Counted from the first letter of the stretch, positions 25,838 to 41,932 are shown. The stretch: DNA of 64,000 nucleotides from Malacoraja senta (GCA_038087875.1 JAXLNO010000680.1:124001-188000), one strand, 5' to 3'. Notes: a model not told the origin generated them from the letters alone. Numbers and translations are program-made.

Positions 25838-27075
25838 ATGGGTGGAGAAAAGATTCACCAGGATGTCCGGTAGGACCTACACAGTGAATGGTCGGCCTCT
25901 GGGTAGTGTTGTAGGGCAGAGGGATCAAGGAGTACAGGTGCATGGTTCCTTGAAGATGGAGTCACAGGTAGATAAGGTGGTCCAAAAGGCTTTTGGCACT
26001 TTGGCCTTCATCAGCCAGAGTATTGAGTATAGAAGTTGGGAGGTCATGTTGCAGTTGTATAAGACATTGGTGAGACCGCATTTAAGATATTGTGTTCAGT
26101 TCTGGGCACCAAGTTATAGGAAAGATGTCAAGCTTGAAAGGGTTCAGAGAAGATTTACGAGGATGTTGCCAGGACTAGAGGGTGTGAGCTACAGGGAGAG
26201 GTTGAGCAGGCTGGGTCTCTATTCCTTGAAGCACAGGAGGATGAGGGGTGATCTTATAGAGGTGTATAAAATCATGAGAGGAATAGTTTGGGTAGGTGCA
26301 CAGTCTCTTGCCCAGAGTAGGGGAATCGAGGACCATAGGTTCAAGGTGAAGGGGGAAAGATTTAATAGGAATCTGAGGGGTAACTTTTTCACACAAAGGG
26401 TGGTGGGTGTATGGAACGAGCTGCCAGAGGAGGTAGTTGAGGCTGGGACTATCCCAACGTTTCAGAAACAGTTAGACCGGTCCGAAGTAATAGGAGCAGA
26501 ATTAGGGCATTTGGCCCATCTATACTTCCCCATTCAATCATGGCTGATCTATCTCTCCCTCGTAACCCCATTCTCCTGCCTTCTCCCCATAACCCTTGAC
26601 ACCCGTATTAATCAAGAATCTATCTACCTCTGCCTTAAAAATATCCACTGACTTGGCCTCCACAGCCGTCTGTGGCAAACAATTCCCCAGATTCACCACC
26701 CTCTGGCTAAAGAAATTCCTTCTCATTTCCTTCCTAAAGGAACGTCCTATAATTCTGAGGCTGTGCCCTCTGGTCCTAGATTTGTCCCACTAGTAGAAAC
26801 ATCCTCTCCACATCCACTCTATCCAAGCCTTTCACTATTCGGTAATGTTTCAATGAGGTCCCCCTTTATTCATCTAAACTCCAGCGAGTATAGGCCCAGT
26901 GCCGACAAACGCTCATCGTATGTTAACCCACTCATTCCTGGGATCATAAACAGGGATAGGACAGGTTTGGAGGGATATGGGGCAAACGCGGGCAGGTGGG
27001 ACTAGTGTAGCTGGGACATGTTGGCCGGTGTGGGCAAGTTGGGAGCTAGGGCCTGTTTCCACGCTGTATCACTCT
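25838..27075 (+). mobile_element. CR1 LINE 3' fragment with a nested antisense CR1 (~26485-26946)
   Basis: ORF 25842-26651 matches the CR1 ORF2 C-terminus. Its tail resumes at ~26952 (GGATAGGACAGG). Confidence 0.85.
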
Positions 27076-29787
27076 AAATGTATATCTGGTCATTTCTAAT
27101 GGAATCAACTCTCCGGCAGCACATTGAGACAACCGGTAGATATTCTTGATCAGTGCGGGTGTCAGGGGTTATGGGGAGAAGGCAGGAGAATGGGGTTAGG
27201 AGGGAGAGATAGATCAGCCATGATTGAATGGCGGAGTAGACTTGATGGGCCGAATGGCCTAATTCTGCTCCTGTCACTTATGACCTGATGAGATTGTGTT
27301 GCCTCACTGCTCCAGTGAACTGGGTTCCATCTTGATCTCCAATGCTAGCAAGTTCTTCCTTTGACCTCTTGCGTTTCCTTTCACATCCCAAAGGCGTGCG
27401 GGTCAGTCGGTTCATTGCCCACTGTAAATTGCCCCCAGTGTCTGTGTGTGCTACAAACATGGAGGATCTGACGTTAATATAAAATACACTCCCATCAAGA
27501 GCATAAAATTCTGGGTGGCACTGTGGCTCAGCGGTAGAGTTGCTGCCTTACAGCGCTGCGTACCCGGGTTCGATCCTGGCTACGGGCGCTGTCTGTACGG
27601 AGTTTGTACGTTCTCCCCGTGACCTGCGTGGGTTTTCTCCTAGATAGACAATAGACAATAGGAGCAGGAGTAGGCCATTTGGCCCTTCGAGCCAATGTGA
27701 TCATGGCTGATCATCCCCAATCAGTACCCCGTTCCTGCCTTCTCCCCATATCCCCTGACTCCGCTATCTTTAAGAACCCTATCTAGCTCTCTCTTGAAAG
27801 TATCCAGAGAATCGGCCTCCACCGCCCTCTGAGGCAGAGAATTCCACAGACTCACCACTCTCTGTGAGAAAAAGTGTTTCCCCATCTCCGTTCTAAATGG
27901 CTTACTCCTTATTCTTAAACTGTGGACCCTGGTTCTGGACTCCCCCAACATCGGGAACATGTTTCCTGCCTCTAGCGTGTCCAAGCCCTTAACAACCTTA
28001 TATGTTACAATGAGATTCCCTCTCATCCTTCTAAACTCCAGAGTTTACAAGCCCAGCTGCTCCATTCTCTCAGCAGATGACAGTCCCGCCATCCTGGGAA
28101 TTAACCTTGTAAACCTACGCTGCACTCCCTCAATAGCAAGAATGTCCTTCCACACTCCAAAGACGTACAGGTTTGTAGGTTAATTGGCTTGGGTATAAAT
28201 GTAAAATTATCCCTAGTGTGTATAGGATAGTGTTAGTGTGCAGGGATTGCTGGTCAGCGTGGGCTCGATGGGCCGAAGGGCCTGTTTCCGCGCGGTGTCT
28301 CTAAACTAAACTGAAAATGTGGGCTTGATGCAAAATGGCTGATGTTAGCATGAACTTGATGGGGTGAAATGCCTGTTTCGATGCTGTGTATCTTTGTGTA
28401 TAATTCTATGACTCACTAGATACAAACATTGGAACTGGAGGATAGAATTTTGCATAGCATGAGAAAATTATGAAAAATTATTATAATAACCCAGCAGGGT
28501 GGCACAGCAGTAGAGTTGCTGCCTCGCAGCGCCAGAGACCCGGGTTCAATCCCGACTACGGGTGCTGTCTGTACGGAGTTTGTACCTTCTCCCCGTGACC
28601 TGCGTGGGTTTTCTCCGGGTGCTCCGGTTTCCTCCCACACTCCGAAGACGTGCAGGTTTGTAGGCTAATTGGCTTTGTTTAAGATTGTAAATTGTCCTTA
28701 GTGTGTGTAGGAGAGTGTTAGTGTGCGGGGATCGCTGGGTCGGCGCGGAGTCGGTGGGCCGAAGGGCCTGTTTCCGCGCTGTATCTCTAAATGGATCATT
28801 CATTCATGGTGCCAGCAAAACCAAAATGGACACCTGCCTTGCTGTAAGGTTCTCGGAGAAGTTATTAGCCTGCATTTTATCTTTTTCCTCATAATTCACC
28901 ACTATTCCTCGGTTAGCTGTGTTCTTGATCTGTAAATTTGTAATATGATGACAGGCCAGGATAGAGTGGATGTGGAGAGGATGTTTCCACTGGTGGGAGA
29001 GTATAGGACCAGACGTCACAGGCTCAGAATTAAAGGGCGTTCCTTTAGGAAGGAGATGAGGAGGAATTTCTTTAGTCAGAGGGGGGTGAATCTGTGGAAT
29101 TCTTTGCTACAGGCGGCTGTGGAGGCCAAGTTAATTAATATTTTTAAGGCAGAGATAGATAGATTCTTGATTATTACGGGTGTCAGGGGTTATGGGGAGA
29201 AGGCAGGAGAATGGGGTTGGGAGGGAGAGATAGATTAGTCACGATTGAATGTCGGAGTGGACTTGATGGGCCGAATGGCCTAATTCTGCTCCTATCACTT
29301 ATAAAGACTTATGAACTATGATGTACCTTATCTCTCTGTAGGCCACCATAGTGTGACCACTGCTGAACAGCATGTCTGCTTTTGAACTTGCGGAGGTGAT
29401 CAGTACATCTTTTTCTGCAAAAGTACTCTTAAAGACAAATGTTCAGTCAAGAGAACAGCTTCTCGATCTCAAGTGTCAAGAACCAAGAGTGCTTTATTGT
29501 CCCAGATAGAACAATTAAATTCTTACTGAAGATAGACACAAAACGTTGCTCAGCGGGACAGGCAGCATCTCGGGAGAGATGCAATGGGTGGCTTTTCGGG
29601 TCGACACCCTTCTTCAGACTTCTTACTTGCAGCAGCTCAACATAGTGCACTGAAAGCAAAATAATAAATAAGAAAAAAGTTCAGTGTATATATACACATA
29701 CACGTACATGTAAACATACATATATATATAGTTGTATGTGGTGTGTGTGTGTTTATATATAGTGTATATGTATATACTCTATATATA

Positions 29788-31205
<1,418 letters not shown>

Positions 31206-32159
31206 ACACACATAGGTACGCGTAAAAACAAACAATAATAGGGCAAAAAGACAAAACCAAAGCCCCAAGTCTATGTAGTCCAGAGCTTATTTGCAGATTG
31301 TAATGTTTAATAGCCTGATGGCTGCAGGGAAGAAGCTGTTCTTGAACCTGGACGTTACAGACTGAAACTCTGTTTCTCCAAAGATGCTGCCTGACCTGGT
31401 GAGTTACTCCAGCTTTTTGTGCCTGTCTTAATTCTCTAGGCTAATTGGCCTCCTCTAAGCTGCCCCTAGCGTGTAGAATAGTGTTAGTGTACGGGGTGAT
31501 CGGTGGTCAGTTTAGTTTATTGTCACGTGTACCGAGGTACAGTGAAAAGCTTTTGTTGCGTGCTAACCAGTCAGCGGAAAAGCTACAAATGATTACAATC
31601 GAGCCATCCACAGTGTACAGATACATGATAAGGGAATAACGTTTAGTGCAAGGCAAAGCAAGAAAAGTCCGATCAAGGATAGTCCGAGGGTCACCAAAGA
31701 GGTAGATAGTAGTTCAGGACTGCTCTCTGGTCGAGGTAGGACGGTTCAGTTGCCTGATAGCAGCTGGGAAGGAAACCAGTGGGCCGAAGGGCCTGTTTCC
31801 ATGCTGCCTCTAGAATGAGCTGCACTATAATACACCCTCGTACAATGTCAATACAACCTGCCTCAGGTCAGACCACACAGGCCTTTCTGGCAAGGCCGCA
31901 CATTTCTCTGCCTTTGATGTACATGATGCAATTATCAACAACTGTTCCAGCTTCTGGCTCTACAATGGAGGTGAGTTCATTGATTAAAAACGGCTGAAAA
32001 TGGCTGAAAAAGACGACGAGGATTCAATGCATGGGCTGGGATGGTTTGGACAACCACCTTCATCCAGCTGAGCATTTTTTCCCCTTGGTGTCTCATGACT
32101 TCACATCCGCTGGGCTTTCTTGATGCCAGACGCAATGATATATGTGAAATATGTTAACC

Positions 32160-32652
32160 CCAACCAGGTTCATTCCCGGGATGGCGGGACTGACGTGTGA
32201 CGGAAGAATGGGTCGACTTGGCTTGTATTCACTGGAATTTAGAAGGATGAGAGGTTACCTTATAGAAACATATACAATTATTAAGGGATTCGACACGCTA
32301 GATGCAGGAAAAATGCTCCCCATGTTTGGGGGAGTCCAGAACCAGGGGTCACACAGTTTAAGAATCAGGGGTCGGCCATTTAGGGCTGAAATGAGGAAAA
32401 ACCTTTTTCACCCAGAGAGTTGTGAATCTGTGGAATTCTCTGCCACAGAAGGCAGTGGAGGCCAATTCACTGGATGTTTTCAAGAGAGAGTTAGATTTAG
32501 CTCTTAGGGCTAACGGAATCAAGGGATATGGGGAGAAAGCAGGAACGGGGTACTGATTGTGGATGATCAGCCATGATCATATTGAATGGGGGTGCTGTCT
32601 CGAAGGGCCGAATGGCCTGTTTCCTGCACCTATTGTCGATGTTTCTATGTTT
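32160..32652 (+). mobile_element. CR1 LINE 3' fragment
   Basis: RLGLYSLEFRRMRGYLIETY followed by a 3'UTR. Confidence 0.85.
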
Positions 32653-33564
32653 CCATGAAATGGTGGCCTTGATCTCGAGGGCAATCTTTCTGAAGTCGTC
32701 TTTGGAATTCAGCTCTTTTGTCTTTTGTTTGTGGTGATATGGAGTCGTACAATGCAGGTGGAACCCGTAAAAGACACACACACACACACACACACACACA
32801 TGGAAGACCACACTGTTGGTAAGTGGCACTTGACACGCATGGTCGGACACATCTCCCACCATTTTGCTCCTGATTGTTTGTCCGACGGGCGATCGTCAAG
32901 AACGGATTCTTCTGCTTTTTCTGCGGACAGGAGCGCACCATGCTTATGCGTCGGAAGGAACTGCGGGTGCTGGCTTACACCCAGAGATAAGCACAAATTG
33001 CTGGGGTTAACTCGGCGGGACAGGCAGCATCTCTGGAGAAGGGTCTCGTCCCGAAACGTCACCCATTACCTTCTCCCCAGAGATGCTGCCTGTCCCGCTG
33101 AGTTGCTCCAGCACTTTGTGCCTATTTTTGTAAACCATCATCTGCAGTTCCTTGTGTGGCCATTTTACTGAGCTGAGACCAGCAGGGGCAGTGAGAGGCC
33201 GTGTGAAACGTCCTGACCTTCCCCCACATGTGTTCTATATGTTTATTTAGCCATAGAGTGATAGCAGGCAGCAGCATCTCCGGAGAGAAGGAATGGGCGA
33301 CGTTTCGGGTCGAGACCCTTCTTCAGACTGAGAGTCAGGGGAGAGGGAGACACCGAGATAAGGAAGGGTGAGGTGTGAAAACGAAACATCAAAGGGGACA
33401 CAGCTCAAGGAAAATGTAGAATAGATCATTGTCAGCTGGGAGAAGGTGACAACAAACTGAGATAAAATATAGTCAAGGGGAAAGTCAGACTGGTCGGAGA
33501 ACTGGGAAGGGGAGGGATGGAGAGAGAGGGAAAGCTTATGTACCATGCTTATGTTCAATAAATT

Positions 33565-34050
33565 GACAAGTGATAGGAGAAGAATTAGGCCATTCGGCCC
33601 ATCAAGTCCAATCATGGCTGATCTATCCCTTTCCCCTGCCTTCTCCCCATAACCCCTGATACCCGCATTAATCAAGAATCTGTCTATCTCCGCCTCAAAA
33701 ATATCCACTGACTTGGCCTCCACAGCCGTCTGTAGCAAAGAATTGCGCAGATTCACCACCCTCTGACTGAAGAAATTCCTCCTCATCTCCTTCCGAAAGG
33801 AACATCCTTTAATTCTGAGGCTGTGACCTCTGGTCCTAGACTCTCCCACTAGTGGAAACATCCTCTCCACATCCACTCCATCCAAGCCTTTCACTATTCT
33901 GTACGTTTCAATGAGGTCTCCCCTCATTCTTCTAAACTCCAGCGAGTACAGGCCCAGTGCCGACAAACGCTCATCGTAGGTTAACCCACTCATTCCTGGG
34001 ATCATTCTTGTAAAACCTCCTCTGGACCCTCTCCAGAGCCGGCACATCCT
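33565..34050 (-). mobile_element. CR1 LINE 3' fragment
   Basis: [25 protein letters not shown]...NFFSQRVVNL. Confidence 0.85.
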
Positions 34051-34813
34051 TCATAACGGAGGATGGTTCATTAGTCAAGATGTACCAAAGAAATCCGGTT
34101 CAAATCTGGATGTTGGATGAAAATTTGTAGCTGCACTCTGGAGTTGTCAAGGGCTCATCAAGAATCTGCCTTAAAAATACCCATTGACTTGGCCTCCACA
34201 GCCGTCTGTGGCGATGAATCGCATGCTCACACCTACGTCTGGAAACTGCTGCACAAGTCATCAGGTAGGTTTTACAAAGTTATGACACAGGCAACATGTT
34301 TGGATGAAAGAGGGATTGTAGAATTGGGAAAAATTAACTTTTAAAACCTGGATTCGAACCAAGGCCAGAGCGACCACTAACCGAGACAAAGAACATCTAG
34401 CCCCTCGAATCGGACCCATTATTCTGTGCAATCATGGTTGATCATGGGTGGCACGGGTGGTGCAGCGGTAGAGTCGATGCCTCACAGCACCGGAGACCCG
34501 GGTTCCATCCTGACTACGGGTGCTGTCTGTACGGAGTTTGTACGTTCTCCCCGTGACCTGCGTGGGTTTTCTCCGAGATCTTCGGTTTCCTCCCGCACTC
34601 CAAAGACGTCCAGGTTTGCCGGTTAATTGGCTTGGAATAAAAAATGTAAATTGTCCCGAGTGTGTGTAGGGTAGTGTTCGTGTGCGGGGATCGCTGGTCG
34701 GTGCGGCTGAAGGGCCTGTTGCCGCGCTGTATCTCTAAATTAAACTAAACTAAGCTAAAGATAGACACAACAAGATGGAGTAACTCAGCACGTCAGATCC
34801 ATCACAAGAACAA

Positions 34814-34849
34814 GGGTCTGAAGAAGGGTTTCGGCCCGAAACGTTACCT
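34814..34849 (+). ncRNA. Minimal type-I hammerhead ribozyme motif, best-paired copy
   Basis: Stem I GGGU/ACCU, core CUGAAGA, stem II GGGU-UUCG-GCCC, then GAAAC and a GUU cleavage triplet. Confidence 0.75.
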
Positions 34850-35302
34850 ATCTCCTTCGCTCCATAGATGCTGCTGCACCCGCTGAGTTTCTCCAACATT
34901 TTTGTGTACCAGCACAACAACATATTGTGTTTGTTCAGAATGAAAGTTACATTTCAAGTGAAGGAAGGAAGCAACTGCAGACGCTGGTTTAAACCGAAGA
35001 GAGGCTCAAAATGCTGGAGTAATTCAGCGGGACAGGCAGCATCTCTGGAGGGAAGCAATGGGTGACGATTTGGGTCGGGACCCTTCCCCAGACTGAGAGT
35101 CAGGGGGGAGGAAACGAGAGATACAGACGGTGATTGTAGAGAGATATGGAACAATTGGATGAAAGATATGCAAAAAAGTAATGATGATAAAGCAAACAGG
35201 CCATTGTTAGCTAAAACTACCCTCCACCCAAGTCTTTCCTTTGCCCTGAATCACTTCACACCTTCAGTTGACAAACATTCAGACACATATAAGATTATTA
35301 AG

Positions 35303-36320
35303 GGTACACAAAAATGCTGGAGAAACTCAGCGGGTGCAGCAGCATCTATGGAGCGAAGGAAATAGGTAACGTTTCGGGCCGAAACCCTTCTTCAGACTGA
35401 TAGGGGGTGGGGAGAAGAAAGGAAAAAAGGAAAAGGAGGAGGAGGAGCCCGAGGGCTGGGGGAGGGGAGGAGACAACCAGATGGCTGATGAAGGGGAGGG
35501 GACAGCCAGGGCTAGCAGAATTGGGAGAATTCAACGTTCAGGCCACCAGGATGTAGACTGCCCAAGCGGAATATGAAGTGCATTTCCTCCAATTTACGGT
35601 GTTGCTCGCTGTGGCCATGGAGGAGACCCAGGACAGAGAGGTCAGATACGGAATGGGAGGGGGAGTTGAAGTGCTGAGCCACCGGGAGTTCAGGTTGGTT
35701 ATTGCGGACCGACCGGAGGTGTTCGGCGAAACGATCGCCAAGCCTCCGCTTGGTCTCACCGATGTAGATCAGCTGGCATCTAGAGCAGCGAATGCAATAG
35801 ATGAGGTTGGAGGTGAACCTCTGTCGCACCTGGAACGACTGCTTGGGTCCTTGAATGGAGTGGAGGGGGAAGTGAAGGGTCCGCAATAACCAACCTGAAC
35901 TCCCGGTGGCTCAGCACTTCAACTCCCCCTCCCATTCCGTATCTGACCTCTCTGTCCTGGGCCTCCTCCATGGCCACAGCGAGCAACACCGTAAATTGGA
36001 GGAAATGCACCTCATATTCCGCTTGGGCAGTCTACATCCTGGTGGCCTGAACGTTGAATTCTCCCAATTCTGCTAGCCCTGGCTGTCCCCTCCCCTTCAT
36101 CAGCCATCTGGTTGTCTCCTCCCCTCCCCCAGCCCTCGGGCTCCTCCTCCGCCTTTTCCTTTTTTCCTTTCTTCTCCCCACCCCCTATCAGTCTGAAGAA
36201 GGGTTTCGGCCCGAAACGTTACCTATTTCCTTCGCTCCAATAGATGCTGCTGCACCCGCTGAGTTTCTCCAGCATTTTTGTGTACCTTCGATTTTCCAGC
36301 ATCTGCAGTTCCTTCTTTAA
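35303..36320. mobile_element. Penelope-like element as a ~1-kb fold-back, inserted in a CR1
   Basis: Arms ~35303-35710 and ~35879-36286 are near-perfect reverse complements. ORF 35512-35886(-) is GIY-YIG (NLIYCIRCSRCQLIYIGETKRRLGDRFAEH). Hammerheads at 35364-35398(-) and 36190-36224(+). Confidence 0.88.
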
Positions 36321-37549
36321 CAACATGTTCCCGATGTTGGGGGAGTCCAGAACCAGGGGCCACAGTTTAAGAATAAAAGCAGGCCATTTAGAACGGAGAC
36401 GAGGAAAAACTTTTCACCCAGAGAGCTGTGAATCTGTGGAATTCACTGCCACAGAAGGCAGTGGAGGCCGGTTCTCTGGATGCTTTCAAGAGAGAGTTAG
36501 ATAGGGCTCTTAAAGATAGCGGAGTCAAGGGATATGGGGAGAAGGCAGGAACAGGGTACTGATTGTGGATGATCAGCCATGAACACAGTGAATGGCGGTG
36601 CTGGCTCGAAGGGCCGAATGGCCTACTCCTGCACCTTTTGTCTATTGTCTAAGTCTCTTTTAAAACTCACAATTGGCATGGCACCAACTGCTATTTGTTG
36701 AAGAGTTTCACAGTTTTACAAGTCTTTGCATAATTCGCCGTCCTTAACTCCTCTCTAGAAGATCTAACTCAAAGTTTTAAACTGCTTGGAAAGACCTGGA
36801 TAGAGTGGATGTGGAGAGGATTATTCCACTAGTGGGAGAGTCTAGGACCAGATGGCAGACCCTCAGAATTAAAGGACCTTCCTTTAGGAAGGAGTTGAGG
36901 AGCATTTTCTTTGGCCAGAGGGCGGTGAATCTGTGGAATTCTTTGCCACAGAAGGCTGTGGAGGCCAAGTCTGTGGATATTTTTAAGGCAGAGATAGATA
37001 GATTCTTGATTAGTGCGGGTGTCAGGGGTTATGGGGAGAAGGCAGGAGAATGGGGTTAGGTGGAGATAGATCAGCCATAATTGAATGGCGGAGTATACTT
37101 GATGGGCCGAATGGCCTAATTCTACTCCTATCTCTTATGACTGTGGAATTCTCACAGAAGGCAGTGGAGGCCAATTCACTGGATGTTTTCAAGAGAGAGT
37201 TAGATTTAGCTTTTAGGGCTAACGGAATCAAGGGATATGGGGAGAAGGCAGGAACGGGGTACTGATTGGGGATGATCAGCCATGAACATATTGAATGGCA
37301 TTGCTGGCTCGAAGGGCCGAATGGCCTACTCCTGCACCTATTGTCTATTTGTCCATGTTTCTCACCTGTTGCAACGTTTGGAATAGTTTTGCCCATGTGG
37401 TGGAGTTTCCACTTTAGATACAACCTGTGTCTCCAAAAGCACATGGAACATAGAAAAGTACAGCGTAGGAACATGTCCTTCAGGCCACAATGTCTGTGGA
37501 GCACATGATGCAAAGATAAGCTCACCTCATCTGCCTGCCCAGAATTATG

Positions 37550-38146
37550 TGGGAAGGAACTGCAGACGCTGGCTTACACCGAGGATAGGCACAAAATGCT
37601 GGAGTAACTCTGCGGGACAGGCAGCATCTATCCTCTGTTCCAGGTGTGGACTCCTGTACATCGGCGAGACCAAGCGAAGGCTCGGCGATCGTTTCACTGA
37701 ACACCTCCGCCTAAACCTACCTGATCTCCCGGTTGCCAAACACTTAACTCCCCCTCCCATTCCCACACTGACCTTTCTGTCCTGGGCCTCCCCCACTGTC
37801 AGAGTGAGGCCCAGCGCTAATTGGAGGAACAGCATCTCATATTTCACTTGGGCAGCTTACACCCCAGCGGTATGAACATTGACTTCTCTAACTTCAAGTA
37901 GCCCTTGCTTTCCCTCTCTCCATCCCATCCCCCTTCCCAGTTTTCTGACCAGTCTGACTGTCCTCCTGATTACATTTTATCTCAGTTTGCTTTGTTGTCA
38001 CCTTCTCCCTGCTAACAATGATCAATTCTACATTTTCCTTGATCCCCATCCCCTTTGTCTAATTTTCACACCTTCCCCTTCCATATCTCTGTCTCCCTCA
38101 CCCGTGACTCTCAGTCTGAAGAAGGGTCTCGACCCGAAACGTCACA
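37550..38146 (+). mobile_element. Penelope-like 3' fragment with short inverted 3' end
   Basis: CSRCGLLYIGETKRRLGDRFTEH, and an intact hammerhead core at 38113-38146. Confidence 0.82.
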
Positions 38147-39089
38147 CAGAATTGTGCCTGTCCATGGTCCATATCCCTCCATTTCATGTGCACCCAAGTT
38201 GCTATCTAAATGGAAGGTGGAAACAAAATGCTGGAGTAACTCAGCGGGACAGGCAGCATCTCTGGAGAGAAGGAATGGGTGACGTTTCGGGTCGAGTCCC
38301 TTCTTCTCCTCTTGCTATATAAAAGTCTCTTCAATGCCACCATTTTGTCTGCCCCTACCACCACCCCTGGCAACACATTGCAGGCATGCACCACCCTCTG
38401 TGCAATAAAACTTGCCCCGCACATTTCCTTTACACTATGCCCCTCCCCCCCCCTCCCCACCTCACCTTAAAGCTAACTCCTCTAGTTAATTTAGTTTAGA
38501 GATACAGCGCGGAAACAGGCTCTTCGGCCCACCGAGTCCGCGCCGACCAGCGATCCCCGCACACTAACACTATCCTACAAACACAAGGGACAATTTACAC
38601 CAAGCCAATTTTCCAACAAACTTTGGAGCGTGGAAGGGAACCGACCATCTCCGGGAAAACCCACGCAGGTCACGGGGAGAATGTGCAAACTCCATACAGA
38701 CAGCACCCGTAGTCGGGATCGAACCCGGGTCTCCGCTGCGACACTTCTAGTTTTTGATATTTCCTCTGTGGGGAAAAAGCTACTGTCTCTCTACCCCCGA
38801 TTCATGCGTCTGAGAATTTAATATTCTTTAATCAGATCTCTCTCAACCTCCAGAGAAAACAATCCAAGTCTGTCCAACCTCATCTTGGAGCTGACACCGC
38901 CTATTCCCGCAATAGTATATAAAATGATGCTTTTTTTAATGGTTTGTTTTATTTCCTAAATTTCGAAATCTGCACATCATCCATGACATAATCCATCATG
39001 TACAATCTCAATTTCCATTTTGCTTTTCAATATTTTAAAATTATATTTAAAAATAGCACATTGATACATTTTAATTTGCAACCATTTAG

Positions 39090-40070
39090 TCATGAACATC
39101 AATGATCTGGATGATGGTGTGGAAAATTGGATTAGTAAGTATGCAGATGATACTAAGATAGGTGGTGTGGTGGATAATGAAGTAGATTTTCAAAGTCTAC
39201 AGAGAGATTTAGGCCATTTGGAAGAGTGGGCTGAAAGATGGCAGATGGAGTTTAATGCTGATAAATGTGAGGTACTACATCTCAGCAGGACAAATCAAAA
39301 TAGGACGTACATGGTAAATGGTAGAGAATTGAGGAATGCAGTTGAACAGAGGGATCTAGGAATAACTGTGCATAGTTCCCTGAAGGTGGAATCTCATGTA
39401 GATAGGGTGGTAAAGAAAGCTTTTGGGTGCTGGCCTTTATAAATCAGAGCATTGAATATAGAAGTTGGGATGTAATGTTAAAATTGTACAAGGCATTGGT
39501 GAGGCCAATTCTGGAGTATGGAGTACAATTTTGGTTGCCTAATTATAGGAAGGATGTCAACAAAATAGAGAGAGTACAGAGGAGATTTACTAGAATGTTG
39601 CCTGGGTTTCAGCAACTAAGTTACAGAGAAAGGTTGAACAAGTTAGGTCTTTATTCTTTGGAGCGCAGAAGGTTAAGAGGGGACTTGATAGAGGTCTTTA
39701 AAATTATGAGCGGGTTAGACAGAGTTGACGTGATTAAGCTTTTTCCATTGAGAGTAGGGAAGATTCAAACAAGGGGACATGACTTGAGAATTAAGGGACA
39801 GAAGTTTAGGGGGAACATTAGGGGGAACTTCTTTACTCAGAGAGTGGTAGCTGTGTGGAATGAGCTTCCAGTGGAAGTGGTGGAGGCAGGTTCGATGTTA
39901 TCCTTTAAAAATAGATTGGATGGGTATATGGACGGGAAAGGAATGGAGGGTTATGGTCTGAGTGCAGGTAGATGGGACTAGGGGGAAGTATTTTTTTTTT
40001 TTTTTAATGTTCGACACGGACTTGAAGGGCCGAGATGGCCTGTTTCCGTGCTGTAATGGTTATATGGTTA
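39090..40070 (+). mobile_element. CR1 LINE fragment retaining the RT YADD motif, distinct subfamily
   Basis: INDLDDGVENWISKYADDTKIGG...; a single frameshift near 39427 joins ORFs 39092-39442 and 39427-39981. Confidence 0.92.
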
Positions 40071-40314
40071 TAGTTTAGTTGTAGTTTAGTTTTGAGATAC
40101 AGCGAGGAAACAGGCCCTTCGGCCCACCGAGTCCATGCCGATGAGACGAACCTGCACGTCTTTGGAATGTGGGAGGAAACCGAAGATTTCGGAGCAAACC
40201 CATGCTGGTCACGGGGAGAACATGCAAACTCCGCGTAGACAGCACCCGTAGTACTTACCACATGTACTACATGCACACTCATTCACACTCACCACATGCA
40301 CTGTGTACACAATT

Positions 40315-41150
40315 AGAGTCATAGATTGATACAGTGTAGAAACAGGCCCTTCAGCCCAACTTGCCCACACTGGCCAACATGTCCCAGCTACACTAGTCCC
40401 ACCTGCCCGCGTTTGGCCCATATCCCTCCAAACCTGTCCTATCCATGTACCTGTCTAACTGTTTCTTAAACTATGGGATAGTCCCAGCTTCAACTACCTC
40501 CTCTGGCAGCTTGTTCCATACACCCACCACCCTCTGTGTGAAAAAGTTACCCCTCAGATTCCTATTAAATCTTTTCCCCTTCACCTTGAACCTATGTCCT
40601 CTGGTCCTCGATTCCCCTACTCTGGGCACGAGATTCTGTGCATCTACCCGATCTATTCCTCTCATGATTTTATACACCTCTATAAGATCACCCCTCATCC
40701 TCCTGCGCTCCAAGGAATAGAGACCCAGCCTGCTCAACCTCTCCCTATAGCCCTGGCAACATCCTCGTAACTCTTCTCTGAACCCTTTCCAGCTTGACAA
40801 TATCTTTCCTATAACATGGTGCCCAGAACTGAACACAATATTCTAAATGCAACCTCACCAACGTCTTATACAACTGCAACATGACCTCCCTACTTCTATA
40901 CTCAATACTCTGACTAATGAAGGCCAATGTGCCAAAAGCCTTTTTGACCGCCTTATGTACCTGCGACTCGACCTTCAAGGAACCACGCACCTATATTCCC
41001 AGATCCCTCTGCTCGATAACACTCCCCAGAGGCCGACCATTCACTGTGTAGGTCCTGCCCTTGTTAGACTTCCTAAAATGCAACACCTCACATTTCTCTG
41101 TGTTAAATTCCATCAACCATTCCTCAGCCCACCTGGCCAACCGATCAGGA
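40315..41150 (-). mobile_element. CR1 LINE 3' fragment
   Basis: KAFGTLAFISQSIEYRS...LYKTLVRLHLEYCVQFWAP. Confidence 0.88.
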
Positions 41151-41159
41151 TCCTGCTGC

Positions 41160-41576
41160 ACTATATACACTCATTCACACTCATTCACACTCACGACATG
41201 TTCTGTGTACACACTTATTCACACTCACTACATACAATGTGTACAAACCGTACACACTCATTCACACTCACGACATGTACTGTGTACACACACACACGTA
41301 CACACACACACACGTACACACACGTCACACACACATCACACACACACACGTACACGTACACACACGTCACACACACATCACACACACACACGTACACACA
41401 CACAAACACACACATCACACACACACACAAACACACACATTACACACTCACACACACACACACGCAAACACACACGTACACACACACACAAACACACACA
41501 TCACACAAATGTATACACACACACACACACATCACACACACACGTACACACGCAAACACACACATCACACACACGT

Positions 41577-41609
<33 letters not shown>

Positions 41610-41801
41610 CACAAACACTCACAAATACACTCACACACACACTCACACACACAAACACCCACTCACATACAGACACACACGCACTCATTCACACACACAA
41701 ACACACTCATTCACAGACACAAGCGTACTCACACATACACACACACACACACACTCACATACACAGACTCACACACACACATTCACAGACACACACGTAC
41801 T

Positions 41802-41880
<79 letters not shown>

Positions 41881-41932
41881 ACACACACACATTCACACAC
41901 ACTCACTCACTCACTCACCTTAAGACACACAC
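41160..41932. repeat. Degenerate CA-rich micro/minisatellite
   Basis: Seen directly. The ~30-bp unit CACTCATTCACACTCACGACATG also occurs at ~40270-40310, on the other side of the CR1 insertion. Confidence 0.92.

Noticed and set aside
32655..32770. Protein-like stretch KTKELNSKDDFRKIALEIKATI on -
   Set aside because: It has no splice sites and is flanked by a microsatellite and a CR1 tail.
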